DNA from: Actinomycetes bacterium
GTDB taxonomy: Bacteria > Actinomycetota > Actinomycetes > JAHEKZ01
Length of the DNA: 64,000 bases
Assembly (NCBI GenBank): GCA_024644345.1
Contig: JAHELE010000002.1
Location: 15,585-79,584 of the forward strand
Direction: 5' to 3'
Numbering within the stretch: position 1 is the first letter of the stretch; the number at the start of each line of letters is the position of its first letter. Position numbers and translations under genes: made by a program. The notes beneath the pieces were generated by a model. The model was not told where the DNA came from. It saw only the letters and a program-made list of their open reading frames with translations, and did not search any database. Positions 32,322 to 41,350 of this stretch are shown here, piece by piece.

Positions 32322-33833
32322 TCACCCGTCGGTGTGCTCGGCATCGCGGTCACGAACGGCCAGAGCCACCCAGAGCTCCGCCCGCAGGTCCGGGTCGTCA
32401 AGCGGACGCTCCAGCAGCTCCTCGACCCGTTTCATCCGGTATCGGAGGGTGTGCCGGTGGACCCCGAGGCTGTTCGCGGCGGCGTCCCACTGGCCGTGGT
32501 GGGCCAACCACGCGCGCACCGAGGCGACCAGATCACCGCGTTCGCGACTCTCCAACGGTCCCAGCAAGGCGTCGGCGAAACCTCGGGCCGCCTCCTCGTC
32601 GACCAGGCCGACCAGACCGTCCCTTGCCAAGTCACCGAACAGGCGGATGCCACCGGGCCCAGCGGCAGCGAGGGCACGACGAGCCTGCCGAAGGCCGTCG
32701 CCCAACCCGGCGACCGGCACCGCATCGCTGACGCCCCACGCGAGGGTTCCCGCCGCCGTTCCTGCCACGGGTACCGGGGGCGTCGGGGGGGCTGCCGCCG
32801 GTTGCACGACGACCGCTCGACCGTCGGAGAAGGCAGCCCCACGCCAGCCGTCGGTGGGGTCGGACTCCTCCACCTGTTCGACCAGTGCCAACAGGTCAGC
32901 GGGTGCGCCGTCGGCAACCAGGACGCGTACCGGGCCTGACAGGAGTTCGTCCCAGCCCACGCCCGCGACCGGCAACCGGTCGGCGGGAGTGCCGTCGGCG
33001 AGCAGCGCCAGAAGAGCCGAGCGCAGGTCTCGGCGAGCGGTGTCCGTGCCCACGGACCGTTCCATGGCCAACGACACCAGAGCCACGCCGACATTGATCA
33101 GCGCGAGATCGGCGGTGGCGAACGACGCCTTCCTCGCGACCGCGAGGTAACCGCGTACCCGACCCGCGGGTGCCAGCGGCTGCAGGACGATGTGCATGCC
33201 ATCGAGCTCGAGCGCGGCCGAACTGCGTGGACCCCGCTGGCGCATCCGGTCGATCTCGGGCTCGAGCTCATCGACCCAGGCGGCGGCGTCGCGAGGAGCG
33301 GCGTGCAGCAGGAGGCCAAGGGGGTCGAGCAGGACGAGCTCGGCATCAAGCACACCGGCGAGCCGGGCCACGACAGCCGCCGCCCCCTCGGGAGCTAGCG
33401 CGGCCCGCGTCAGGTCGCGCTGTGCTTCGACGGTGCGCGTCACAGCTTCGTACTCAGCCGCGGCCAGCAGGTCGGAGACCGCTCGGCTCACGGCAATGAA
33501 AGGCGTCGGCTCTGGCACCTCGAGCAGCGGAAGCGCTCGGCCCTCAGCGGCGGACACCAGCCCGGGGGGCACTCGGTCATAGGTCAGGCCCACCCCGATG
33601 CCCAGTGCGCTCACTCCGGCCCGGCTCAGCCGCTCGACGAACGCGTCCCAGTCGTCGTCCCCCAGGCGCAGCCCCGTGGTCAGCAGCAGCTCACCACCCT
33701 CGAGATAGGGAGTCGGGTCCTGCAGCTCGCTGACTGCCACCCAGCTCACCGGAGCATCGATCGCCGACCGCCCCGCCCGCAGCACCAGGCCCAACGAGGT
33801 GATGCCCAGGATGGTGCGGACAGAAGGTGCCAC
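32322..33833 (-). CDS. PucR-family transcriptional regulator (GabR-like)
   Basis: 503 aa. N-terminus ...VSWVAVSELQDPTPYLEGGELLLTTG..., C-terminal HTH ...LGVHRHTLRYRMKRVEELL.... It is divergent from gabT. Confidence 0.85.
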   Translation of the reverse strand: MAPSVRTILGITSLGLVLRAGRSAIDAPVSWVAVSELQDPTPYLEGGELLLTTGLRLGDDDWDAFVERLSRAGVSALGIGVGLTYDRVPPGLVSAAEGRALPLLEVPEPTPFIAVSRAVSDLLAAAEYEAVTRTVEAQRDLTRAALAPEGAAAVVARLAGVLDAELVLLDPLGLLLHAAPRDAAAWVDELEPEIDRMRQRGPRSSAALELDGMHIVLQPLAPAGRVRGYLAVARKASFATADLALINVGVALVSLAMERSVGTDTARRDLRSALLALLADGTPADRLPVAGVGWDELLSGPVRVLVADGAPADLLALVEQVEESDPTDGWRGAAFSDGRAVVVQPAAAPPTPPVPVAGTAAGTLAWGVSDAVPVAGLGDGLRQARRALAAAGPGGIRLFGDLARDGLVGLVDEEAARGFADALLGPLESRERGDLVASVRAWLAHHGQWDAAANSLGVHRHTLRYRMKRVEELLERPLDDPDLRAELWVALAVRDRDAEHTDG

Positions 33834-33863
33834 GACGACCTCCGTGCTCGGCGAATGATCACT

Positions 33864-33876
33864 GGACGTTTCGTCC
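33864..33876. promoter_or_regulatory. Palindrome GGACG-TTT-CGTCC in the pucR/gabT divergent region
   Basis: Read directly: ggacgtttcgtcc. It is 31 nt from the PucR start and 138 nt from the gabT start. Confidence 0.3.
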
Positions 33877-34013
33877 TATGGTAGCGACCAGATTGTCCAC
33901 AATGGTGCGGAGGCAAGGCGGGGTCGCCCGACGTACAGTGGCAGGGCGCCCGGCACGCCGGTGGGCCGCGTGCCACCGCACAGCGGCAACGTCACCCGAA
34001 AGCGAGTCTGACC

Positions 34014-35390
34014 ATGCCCGTTTCCTCGAACGTCTCGACGCCGGTGAGTGCCGGAGGACCTGGCCTCCCCCAGGAGCGCCGCGTCGTCACCGCCATCCCC
34101 GGTCCGCGGTCGGCCGAGCTGCTCGCACGCAAGCAGTCGGCCGTGTCCGACGGCGTCGGCACCGTCCTGCCGGTCTTCGTCAAGGCAGCGGGCGGCGGCG
34201 TCATCGTCGACGTCGACGACAACAGCCTGATCGACCTCGGCGCCGGCATCGCCGTCGTGAACGTCGGCAACGCTGCTCCGTCTGTTGTGGCCGGTATTCA
34301 GGAGCAGGCAGCCGCCTTCACCCACACCTGCTTCATGGTCACCCCCTACGAGGGGTACGTGGCGGTCGCCGAGAAGCTCAACGCGCTCACCCCTGGTGAC
34401 CATGACAAGAAGACGGCGCTGTTCAACTCGGGAGCGGAGGCAGTCGAGAACGCTGTCAAGATCGCCCGCTACGCCACCGGTCGTTCGGCCGTCGTGGTCT
34501 TCGAGCACGCCTACCACGGGCGCACCAACCTGACCATGGCCCTCACCGCGAAGTCCATGCCTTACAAGTACAACTTCGGTCCGTTCGCCGGCGAGATCTA
34601 TCGAGTGCCGCTGTCGTACCCGTTCCGCTGGCCGACCGGCGCCGACAATGCCGGGCGCGAAGGCCTTGAGCAGGCCATCAGCAAGATCGAGAAAGAGATC
34701 GGCGGCGATCAGGTAGCCGCGATCCTGATCGAGCCGATCGCCGGTGAGGGCGGGTTCATCGTTCCAGGGGAAGGCTTCTTGTCGGGTCTGGCCGAGTACG
34801 CCGCCTCCAAGGGGATCGTCTTCATCGCCGACGAGGTGCAGACCGGTTTCGCCCGTACCGGAGACATGTTCGCCTGCGAGCACGAGGGCGTCGTACCCGA
34901 CATCATCACGACCGCAAAGGGCATCGCCGGCGGCATGCCGCTGGCCGCGGTCACCGGTCGAGCCGACCTCATGGACGCCGTACACGTCGGCGGTCTCGGC
35001 GGGACGTACGGCGGGAACCCGGTGGCGTGTGCTGCCGCACTGGGCGCAATGGCTGCCATCGAGGAGCACGACCTGGTTGCGAAGGCCCGCAGAATCGGCG
35101 AGATCATGCTCCCCCGCTTGGCCGAGATGCAGTCCAAGTACCCGATCATGGGCGACATCCGTGGACGTGGAGCGATGATCGCGGTCGAGCTGGTGAAGCC
35201 GGGAACCCTTGAACCCGCGACCGAGCAGATCGCCGCCATCGTCAAGCAGTGCCACTCCGAGGGTGTCCTGGTGCTGACGGCGGGAACGTACGGGAACGTG
35301 CTCCGGTTCCTGCCGCCGCTGACGATGCCCGAGGCGCTGCTCGACGAGGCACTGACGATCCTCGACAAGGCCTTCGCCTCAGCTTCCTGA
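34014..35390 (+). CDS. gabT: 4-aminobutyrate--2-oxoglutarate transaminase
   Basis: 458 aa class-III aminotransferase. ...SGAEAVENAVKIAR...FIADEVQTGFARTG...TTAKGIAGGMPL... Confidence 0.92.
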   Translation: MPVSSNVSTPVSAGGPGLPQERRVVTAIPGPRSAELLARKQSAVSDGVGTVLPVFVKAAGGGVIVDVDDNSLIDLGAGIAVVNVGNAAPSVVAGIQEQAAAFTHTCFMVTPYEGYVAVAEKLNALTPGDHDKKTALFNSGAEAVENAVKIARYATGRSAVVVFEHAYHGRTNLTMALTAKSMPYKYNFGPFAGEIYRVPLSYPFRWPTGADNAGREGLEQAISKIEKEIGGDQVAAILIEPIAGEGGFIVPGEGFLSGLAEYAASKGIVFIADEVQTGFARTGDMFACEHEGVVPDIITTAKGIAGGMPLAAVTGRADLMDAVHVGGLGGTYGGNPVACAAALGAMAAIEEHDLVAKARRIGEIMLPRLAEMQSKYPIMGDIRGRGAMIAVELVKPGTLEPATEQIAAIVKQCHSEGVLVLTAGTYGNVLRFLPPLTMPEALLDEALTILDKAFASAS

Positions 35391-35569
35391 CCGACCGGGG
35401 CTCGGCCCGAGCACACATTCGCCCCCCGCATCACCCGTTCGGCGTACGGTATGCCCACGGCCGGGCGACCTGAGTGGCCGCCGCCCCTAGGTGGCCTTCA
35501 TCTGGGGTTTGGCGATGCCGACACTGGTACGGGGTCGTGACGACGAGGGGGATGAGGTGAACGCAACCC

Positions 35570-36901
35570 ATGACTACTGCCCACCTGGGTGCTGCGACGC
35601 CAGTGGCCTCGCCCACCTCGAAGGTCCTGCCTGACCCTGATGAGTGCCGAGCCCTGGTCACCAGAGCTCTGCATCACGGTGCCCCGTCGATGGTCTCCCA
35701 GCCGATCCTCGGACTCTCGTCAGGCCGCGTCGTCGCCTATGAGGCGCTGGCCAGGTTCGGCCCAGAGCTTCCGTCGTACTCCCCCGATGTCTGGTTCGCG
35801 ATGGCACACGAGTGTGGGCTGGGAGCCATGTTCGAAGCTCGCGCAGTTGACCTTGCCCTTCGAGCCGGTGCCCAGCGCCCCTCGGGGACCCTCCTGTCGG
35901 TCAACGTCAGTCCGTCTGTGCTCAGCGCCCCTGAACTGCACGACGTGCTGCCGTTCGACTTGTCCGGTCTCCAGTTCGAGATCACAGAGCGGGAAGTGGT
36001 CCAAGACGCCGACCGTTTCCACATGGTGCTCAAGGCAGTCCGTGACCGCGGTGCCTCCGTGGCCGTCGATGACGTTGGCGAGGGCTATGCGGGCCTGCAG
36101 CGGGTGCTCGAGCTCTCTCCCGACGTGATCAAGCTCGATCGCTCGCTGGTGACCGGCATCGAGTCAGAGCCGGTCAAGGCTGCCCTGGTCGAGGCAATCG
36201 CCCGGTACGCGGCCAAGGCCGGGGCTGAGGTGTGCGCCGAGGGCGTCGAGAACCTCGACGACCTGTACGTCTTGGCCGATCTCGACGTGGCCCAGGCCCA
36301 AGGTTGGGTCATCGGGATGCCATCGCCCACCTTCGAGCCGGCCAGCGAAGCGGCCACACTTACCTGCCAGAGCTCGTTCCAGCGCACCCTGGCCCTCGGT
36401 TCTCGGGCGCCTGGGCAAGACACCACAGCCCTTGAGCGCCTGCTCGCGGACCTGGTCAACTGCACCGACCTCGACAGCCTCGCCCGAATGACGGGTCCGA
36501 TCGGTGATCACCTCCGGTGCGATCTCGCCGAGATCTCGTTGCTCGGCACCGATGGCGACTTCATCCAAGGCATCGGGGCCTTGTCCTGGCGCCCTGAGGA
36601 CCACATCTACCCGCTCGCCGACTACCCCGTGACCCGACACTGCCTCGAGAGCCTGGAGATCATGACGGTCGACCTGGCCGACCCAGGTGCTGACGAGGCA
36701 GAACGCCGATGGATGACCACCGAGGGCGTCACCACGATGATCGGGCTGCCAGTGCTGGCTGCCGGAACTGTGGTCGGGCTGCTGGAGTGCTCACGCGCTG
36801 TCGCCACCCCGTGGTCGCGCGTTCAGCTACGTCACGCCCGGATCATCGCGACCGTTCTGGGGCCCGTGATCCGCACACTGCAGGCCCAGGAACGGCCCTA
36901 G
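35570..36901 (+). CDS. EAL-domain (c-di-GMP phosphodiesterase) protein with a C-terminal GAF domain
   Basis: 443 aa. EAL motifs are YEALARF, EITE, DDVGEGYAGL, KLDRSL, EGVE and QGW. The C-terminal half is GAF-like (...MIGLPVLAAGTVVGLLE...). Confidence 0.8.
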   Translation: MTTAHLGAATPVASPTSKVLPDPDECRALVTRALHHGAPSMVSQPILGLSSGRVVAYEALARFGPELPSYSPDVWFAMAHECGLGAMFEARAVDLALRAGAQRPSGTLLSVNVSPSVLSAPELHDVLPFDLSGLQFEITEREVVQDADRFHMVLKAVRDRGASVAVDDVGEGYAGLQRVLELSPDVIKLDRSLVTGIESEPVKAALVEAIARYAAKAGAEVCAEGVENLDDLYVLADLDVAQAQGWVIGMPSPTFEPASEAATLTCQSSFQRTLALGSRAPGQDTTALERLLADLVNCTDLDSLARMTGPIGDHLRCDLAEISLLGTDGDFIQGIGALSWRPEDHIYPLADYPVTRHCLESLEIMTVDLADPGADEAERRWMTTEGVTTMIGLPVLAAGTVVGLLECSRAVATPWSRVQLRHARIIATVLGPVIRTLQAQERP

Positions 36902-38112
36902 GCCGGGGTCTCCTCGCGCAAGCCCCACGGAGACCCGTACTCCTCCAGCTTGTCCAGGAACGGCTTGGGCGCAAAGGCCTCCGGGCCGAGCACTCCAGTG
37001 CCCGACCACGTTCCGTCGGCAAGAAGCTCGAGGGCGACCACCGGGTTGATCGCGGTCTGCCAGACGACGGCCTGCGATCCGTACTCGCTCATCGTCCACT
37101 CGTTGTCGACCACGTGGTAGAGGTACACCTGGCGCGGCTGACCATCCTTGCCCTTGCCCGTGACCCAGGTACCGGCACAGGTCTTGCCGGTCATCCGGTC
37201 ACCCAAGGTCGCCGGGTCCGGCAGCAGGGCCGCCACGACGTCTCGAGGGCTGACCTCCACGTCTCCGACAGTCACCTTCTGCGTACGGTCCAGACCGAGC
37301 TTGTGAATCACCTTGAGGACGTCGATGAACTCCTCACCGAGGCCGTACTTGAAGGTGGTGCGCTTGCAGTCCACCCAGCGGGGGATCAGGAGCACCTCCT
37401 CGTGCTCGACGTTGACGCACTCGACCGGACCGATTCCCTCGGGGAAGTCGAAGACCTCGGGCTCGGAGAACGGAGGCGTGGTGAACCATCCCTTGCTCTT
37501 CTCCCAAATCACGGGAGGGTTGAGGCACTCTTCGATGGTCGTCCAGATCGAGAAGGAGGGCGCGAAGTCGAAGCCGTCGACCTCGAGGTTGGCGCCGTCG
37601 CGCACGCCTACCTCGTCGATCTCACTGAAGAGCTCGTCGGCCGCGTACCTGGCGAAGATGTCCGACAGTCCCGGTTCGACGCCCACACCGACCAGCGCCA
37701 GACGTCCGGACGACTCCCACGTGCCGGCAACCGCGAACTGCTCGTCCCCCAGCTTGACGCCGGTCTGCTGGTACGGGTCCGTCTGGTGCGGCGAGGACAG
37801 CGACATCGCCATGTCGAGGTAGTCGGCGCCAGCAGCGAACGCACCGTTGAAGATCGGCAGGACGAAGCGTGGGTCGACCGCGTTGAGCACATGTGTGGCC
37901 CGGTGACGCCTCGCCAGCTCGGCGACCGACTCGGCGTCCGAGGCGTCGACCTGATCGGCCACGAACCGAGGGTCGTCCACCTGAGCAACCGCCCGGTCAG
38001 CGCGGGTCCGGTCGTAGTCGGCCACGACCATGGTCTCGAAGAAGGTGCGGCGAGCGGCGATGGGAACGACTGCAGAGCCGACACCGCCTGCACCAACGAG
38101 CAGGATGCGCAT
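36898..38112 (-). CDS. Saccharopine dehydrogenase / carboxynorspermidine synthase superfamily oxidoreductase
   Basis: ATG 38112 (MRILLVGAGGVGSAV...). The blocks ...LLPDPATL...TGKTCAGTWVTGKGKDG... resemble blocks I recall from carboxynorspermidine dehydrogenases. Confidence 0.8.
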   Translation of the reverse strand: MRILLVGAGGVGSAVVPIAARRTFFETMVVADYDRTRADRAVAQVDDPRFVADQVDASDAESVAELARRHRATHVLNAVDPRFVLPIFNGAFAAGADYLDMAMSLSSPHQTDPYQQTGVKLGDEQFAVAGTWESSGRLALVGVGVEPGLSDIFARYAADELFSEIDEVGVRDGANLEVDGFDFAPSFSIWTTIEECLNPPVIWEKSKGWFTTPPFSEPEVFDFPEGIGPVECVNVEHEEVLLIPRWVDCKRTTFKYGLGEEFIDVLKVIHKLGLDRTQKVTVGDVEVSPRDVVAALLPDPATLGDRMTGKTCAGTWVTGKGKDGQPRQVYLYHVVDNEWTMSEYGSQAVVWQTAINPVVALELLADGTWSGTGVLGPEAFAPKPFLDKLEEYGSPWGLREETPA

Positions 38113-38187
38113 GAGGAGAGTCCTTCCGTCGCCGAACAACCGGTCCAGGTCAGGCCTCAGCCTAACCTGCGTCAAGTCGTTTGCTGG

Positions 38188-38865
38188 TTAGGGGGTACCC
38201 ACGGCGGGGCGCCTGGGGGCGGCATGTCGCGGCCGCCGGGGCTGATCGTCGGTCTCCCCCTCCGGGGGGTCGACCACGTGCGCTGCCTGCTCATCCACCG
38301 ACTCGACATCCGACGCACCTGGAACCTGCCACGCCTTCTTCACCAGTCGCGACCCGGCGATCTTGTTGGCCCCGTAGAAGACTCCAAAGACGATCAGGGC
38401 GTCACCGAAGCTGAAGACATTGGCCAACGGAAAAGGCTCTGGCCACACGAAGATGTCGCCGAACAGGGGGAGCACGGGGTCCGGAAGATAGGCGGAGTTG
38501 ATGAAGTCGCCCTTGGCCACCTCGAGACCCGCCATCTTCAAGGCAGCCTTGGAAGCAGGAAGCGTCCCGCCGTTGAGGGCGATGGTGATGCCGTTCATGG
38601 CCCCACCGGCGGCGATGACCAGCAGGCCGGGGACCCGCCAGTTGGCGACCACGAACAGACCAGCAGCGAGGTAGGTGGCCATGTGGATGGCCTCCAACAG
38701 TGTCTCGTTTGCCTGCGGGAAGACCTCGATGATGAGGATCTGTGCCACAAGGGCAACGAGCAGGATCCAGAGCCCACGGAAGTGCACGTGTGCCAACCGC
38801 GACATCGTCCCTCCGAAGAGGAGCGGCGAAGCTGTCGCCGCGATGCAGAGCGCAAGAACGAGCAT
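38188..38865 (-). CDS. DUF5317-like integral membrane protein
   Basis: 225 aa with several TM helices. The motifs ALNGGTLPAS and ...NVFSFGDALIVFG... match my recollection of DUF5317. Its ATG overlaps the GGDEF-EAL stop by 1 nt (TGATG). Confidence 0.6.
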   Translation of the reverse strand: MLVLALCIAATASPLLFGGTMSRLAHVHFRGLWILLVALVAQILIIEVFPQANETLLEAIHMATYLAAGLFVVANWRVPGLLVIAAGGAMNGITIALNGGTLPASKAALKMAGLEVAKGDFINSAYLPDPVLPLFGDIFVWPEPFPLANVFSFGDALIVFGVFYGANKIAGSRLVKKAWQVPGASDVESVDEQAAHVVDPPEGETDDQPRRPRHAAPRRPAVGTP

Positions 38866-41018
38866 CAGGGGCTCCCGACCAGTCGAAGTGCAGAGGGTGC
38901 GGACGTGTTGGCGTTCACCCGGCGCCCGCTTACCACGTCGAGTACCGCCTCGGGCGACATCGGTCGGCCGATGTGATACCCCTGGGCCACGTCACAGCCC
39001 AGGGCCTCAAGCCAGGCGAGAGTATCGGCGTCCTCAACGCCTTCGGCCACGATGCGCAGACCGAGGTTGTGTCCGAGCTCGACGGTCGAAGCCACGATGA
39101 TGGCGTCGCTGGACTCGACGTCGAGGTTCATGATGAACGAGCGGTCGATCTTCAGCTCGTCGATATCGAACTGCTTGAGGTAGTTGAGTGAGGCGTGGCC
39201 CGTGCCGTAGTCGTCAATCGAGACGTCGACACCGATCCGACGCAGCTGCTGCAGCACAACCGATGCCCGCTTCGGGTCGGTCATGATGCTGCTCTCGGTG
39301 ACCTCGATGACGAGTTTGGAGGGTGCGACGCCCCACCGCTCGAGGGCGACCGCAATGCGGTCCGGGAGGCTCATGTCGGTGAGGTGCCGAACAGACAGGT
39401 TGACGGCCACCGAGAGGTCGATGCCCGACTCCTGCCACGTCCGGACCTGGCGCAGCGCACGCTCGATGACGAAGAACGTGATCGACGAGATCAGGCCGGT
39501 GTTCTCGGCCAGCGGGATGAACGAGTCCGGGTACTGGATTCCACGCGTCGGGTGGTTCCAGCGCACCAGGGCCTCGACCCCGACGACTTCACCGCTCGCG
39601 ACATCGATCTTGGGTTGGTACACGAGGAACAGCTGATCATCCTCGACCGCCGAACGCAGGTCGGTGAGGATCGTGAGCCGCTGCGGAGTATGGGTGTCCT
39701 CGTCCTCGTTGGAATAGGCGCAAAAGCGCGCTCGCTCCCTCTTGGCCTCGTAGAGGGCGATGTCGGAACGACGCATCAGCGTGTGCACGTCGTCGCCGTG
39801 GTCCGGGGCCAGCGCGATGCCGAGACTGGCCTGGACCACCAGCCGAACACCGCCGACGGAGAACGGTTTGCCGAGCACCGACAGGAGATAGGTGGCGACG
39901 TCCTCGGCCACCGAGAGGTCGGGGATGTCAGGCAGCAGGACGGCGAACTCGTCGCCACCGAGACGGGCCACTGTCGACCCCTCCGGCCTGGCCCCTTCGA
40001 GTCGGTGTGCAACCTCGCAGATCAGCTCATCACCCACCTGGTGACCGAGTGTGTCGTTGATCTCCTTGAAGTGGTCGAGGTCGATCATCATGATCGCCAA
40101 CGACTGTCCGGCACGCTGTGACTCCTCGAGCGCACGCACCGAGCGGTCGCGGAAGAGCTCGCGGTTAGCCAGTCCGGTGAGCGCATCATGACTGGCCTGA
40201 CGCCCCATGGCGACAGCCAGGCGGGCGCTGTTGTGCACCGCTGCGATCGGGGCGATCAGCATGGGCAGCATCAGCGGCTGGGTCTGCACGATCATCGCTG
40301 CTACCGGGGCCAGGACTGCCAGAACGCCAGCGGTCATTGCCTGGAAGCGAAGGTCGGCCGCGAAGATGGGGGAAACCCGCTGACCGCTGTCCAGGGCGAC
40401 GACAGTTGAGACCAGCGCCTGGTTCGCGACCAGGAAGGTAAAGGCGGCAGCCAGGGCACCGACGAGGGCGGGAACCCCGAAGGCAAATCCCACCGGGTCG
40501 AAGATGGCGTATGGGCCGAAGATCGGCTCTCCCATGACCAACGAGAAGGCCGCATGAGCCAGGAACACCGTCACGAGGTACTGGCTGACGTTGAATGCGA
40601 TCTTCAACGGAGACCGGCGTGAGATGACGTCATCGATCAGGACCGCCACCCCCTGAGCGATCAGCGCAAGTGAGATCGGGCCGACGATGGCCAACGCGAG
40701 GACGAAGGTGGTCGAGATGGTGATCATGTCGGCCACGTCACCGCTACGCGGCACCGGAACGGGCCGGAGCTCCCCGATGATGACGGTGACGACGAGCAGG
40801 GTGAGAACTAATCCTTGCGACGGGTACCCACCGGACCAGGCCTGGGCATTGAGAGCTTGGCTGATGGGTGAGAGAACGAGGGACGCTACAAGAAACAAGA
40901 ATCCGATGACGATGACGATCCAGATGTAGGCCTTCAGCGCCCAGACCGGACGACGAGGAAGGGGAGCCGCCGAATTACCGGCAGCTCCCCCATCCGGCGG
41001 ACTCAGTGGTGAGCCCAC
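38865..41018 (-). CDS. Membrane-anchored GGDEF-EAL protein (diguanylate cyclase/phosphodiesterase)
   Basis: 717 aa. A multi-TM domain of about 250 aa precedes the GGDEF domain (...MIDLDHFKEINDTLGH...RLGGDEFAVL) and the EAL domain (VEALVRW, EVTE, DDYGTGHASL, KIDRSF, AEGVED, QGY). The only plausible start is GTG 41018. Confidence 0.88.
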   Translation of the reverse strand: MGSPLSPPDGGAAGNSAAPLPRRPVWALKAYIWIVIVIGFLFLVASLVLSPISQALNAQAWSGGYPSQGLVLTLLVVTVIIGELRPVPVPRSGDVADMITISTTFVLALAIVGPISLALIAQGVAVLIDDVISRRSPLKIAFNVSQYLVTVFLAHAAFSLVMGEPIFGPYAIFDPVGFAFGVPALVGALAAAFTFLVANQALVSTVVALDSGQRVSPIFAADLRFQAMTAGVLAVLAPVAAMIVQTQPLMLPMLIAPIAAVHNSARLAVAMGRQASHDALTGLANRELFRDRSVRALEESQRAGQSLAIMMIDLDHFKEINDTLGHQVGDELICEVAHRLEGARPEGSTVARLGGDEFAVLLPDIPDLSVAEDVATYLLSVLGKPFSVGGVRLVVQASLGIALAPDHGDDVHTLMRRSDIALYEAKRERARFCAYSNEDEDTHTPQRLTILTDLRSAVEDDQLFLVYQPKIDVASGEVVGVEALVRWNHPTRGIQYPDSFIPLAENTGLISSITFFVIERALRQVRTWQESGIDLSVAVNLSVRHLTDMSLPDRIAVALERWGVAPSKLVIEVTESSIMTDPKRASVVLQQLRRIGVDVSIDDYGTGHASLNYLKQFDIDELKIDRSFIMNLDVESSDAIIVASTVELGHNLGLRIVAEGVEDADTLAWLEALGCDVAQGYHIGRPMSPEAVLDVVSGRRVNANTSAPSALRLVGSP

Positions 41019-41110
41019 TTCTTGCCTGCCCCGACGACCGATGCGAGGGTCACCACGGTTGCGGCGCTCCCCAGCACGGAGACGATCACACGCGCTTTCA
41101 TGTCATCCAT
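41003..41110 (-). CDS. Small membrane peptide, paralogue 2 (35 aa; 36 aa if GTG 41113 is used)
   Basis: Own translation: MDDMKARVIVSVLGSAATVVTLASVVGAGKKWAHH*. GAGAGGAGG lies 8 nt upstream of the in-frame GTG at 41113. About 79% of third codon positions are G/C. It is a paralogue of 41129..41233. Confidence 0.55.
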   Translation of the reverse strand: MDDMKARVIVSVLGSAATVVTLASVVGAGKKWAHH

Positions 41111-41128
41111 CACGCGAATCGCCTCCTC

Positions 41129-41233
41129 TCAGTGCATCCACTTGGTGCCAGCACCGACAACCGAAACCAGGACCATGAGTCCTGCAGCGGCGGCCGAGCC
41201 ACGCACTACTAGTTCTTTCGTTACCTTGTTCAT
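41129..41233 (-). CDS. Small membrane peptide, paralogue 1 (34 aa)
   Basis: Own translation: MNKVTKELVVRGSAAAAGLMVLVSVVGAGTKWMH*. Purine-rich GGGAAGGGGAG lies immediately upstream. It shares the C-terminal block SVVGAGxKWxH with 41003..41110. Confidence 0.55.
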   Translation of the reverse strand: MNKVTKELVVRGSAAAAGLMVLVSVVGAGTKWMH

Positions 41234-41337
41234 CGCTCCCCTTCCCAAATCAGTCGCGACGAGCAGGAGCCGACGATCAGCCCCCTGCGTAATGTTGTCG
41301 TTCCGCAGGGTGACTTCGTTAGACCGCCAAATGGGTG

Positions 41338-41350
41338 AACACAGAGTGTT
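41338..41350. promoter_or_regulatory. Perfect palindrome AACAC-AGA-GTGTT in the AT-rich leader of the small-peptide operon
   Basis: Read directly: aacacagagtgtt. It is 105 nt upstream of the sORF1 ATG. Confidence 0.3.

Noticed and set aside
36709-38976. 755-aa plus-strand ORF. The same class covers 27..1109, 10470..11750, 33876..35255, 43090..43983, 50745..52418, 54313..55833 and 56442..57932
   Set aside because: All lie antisense to genes with clear family signatures and have low-complexity Arg/Gly/His-rich products. I reject them as GC-bias artefacts.
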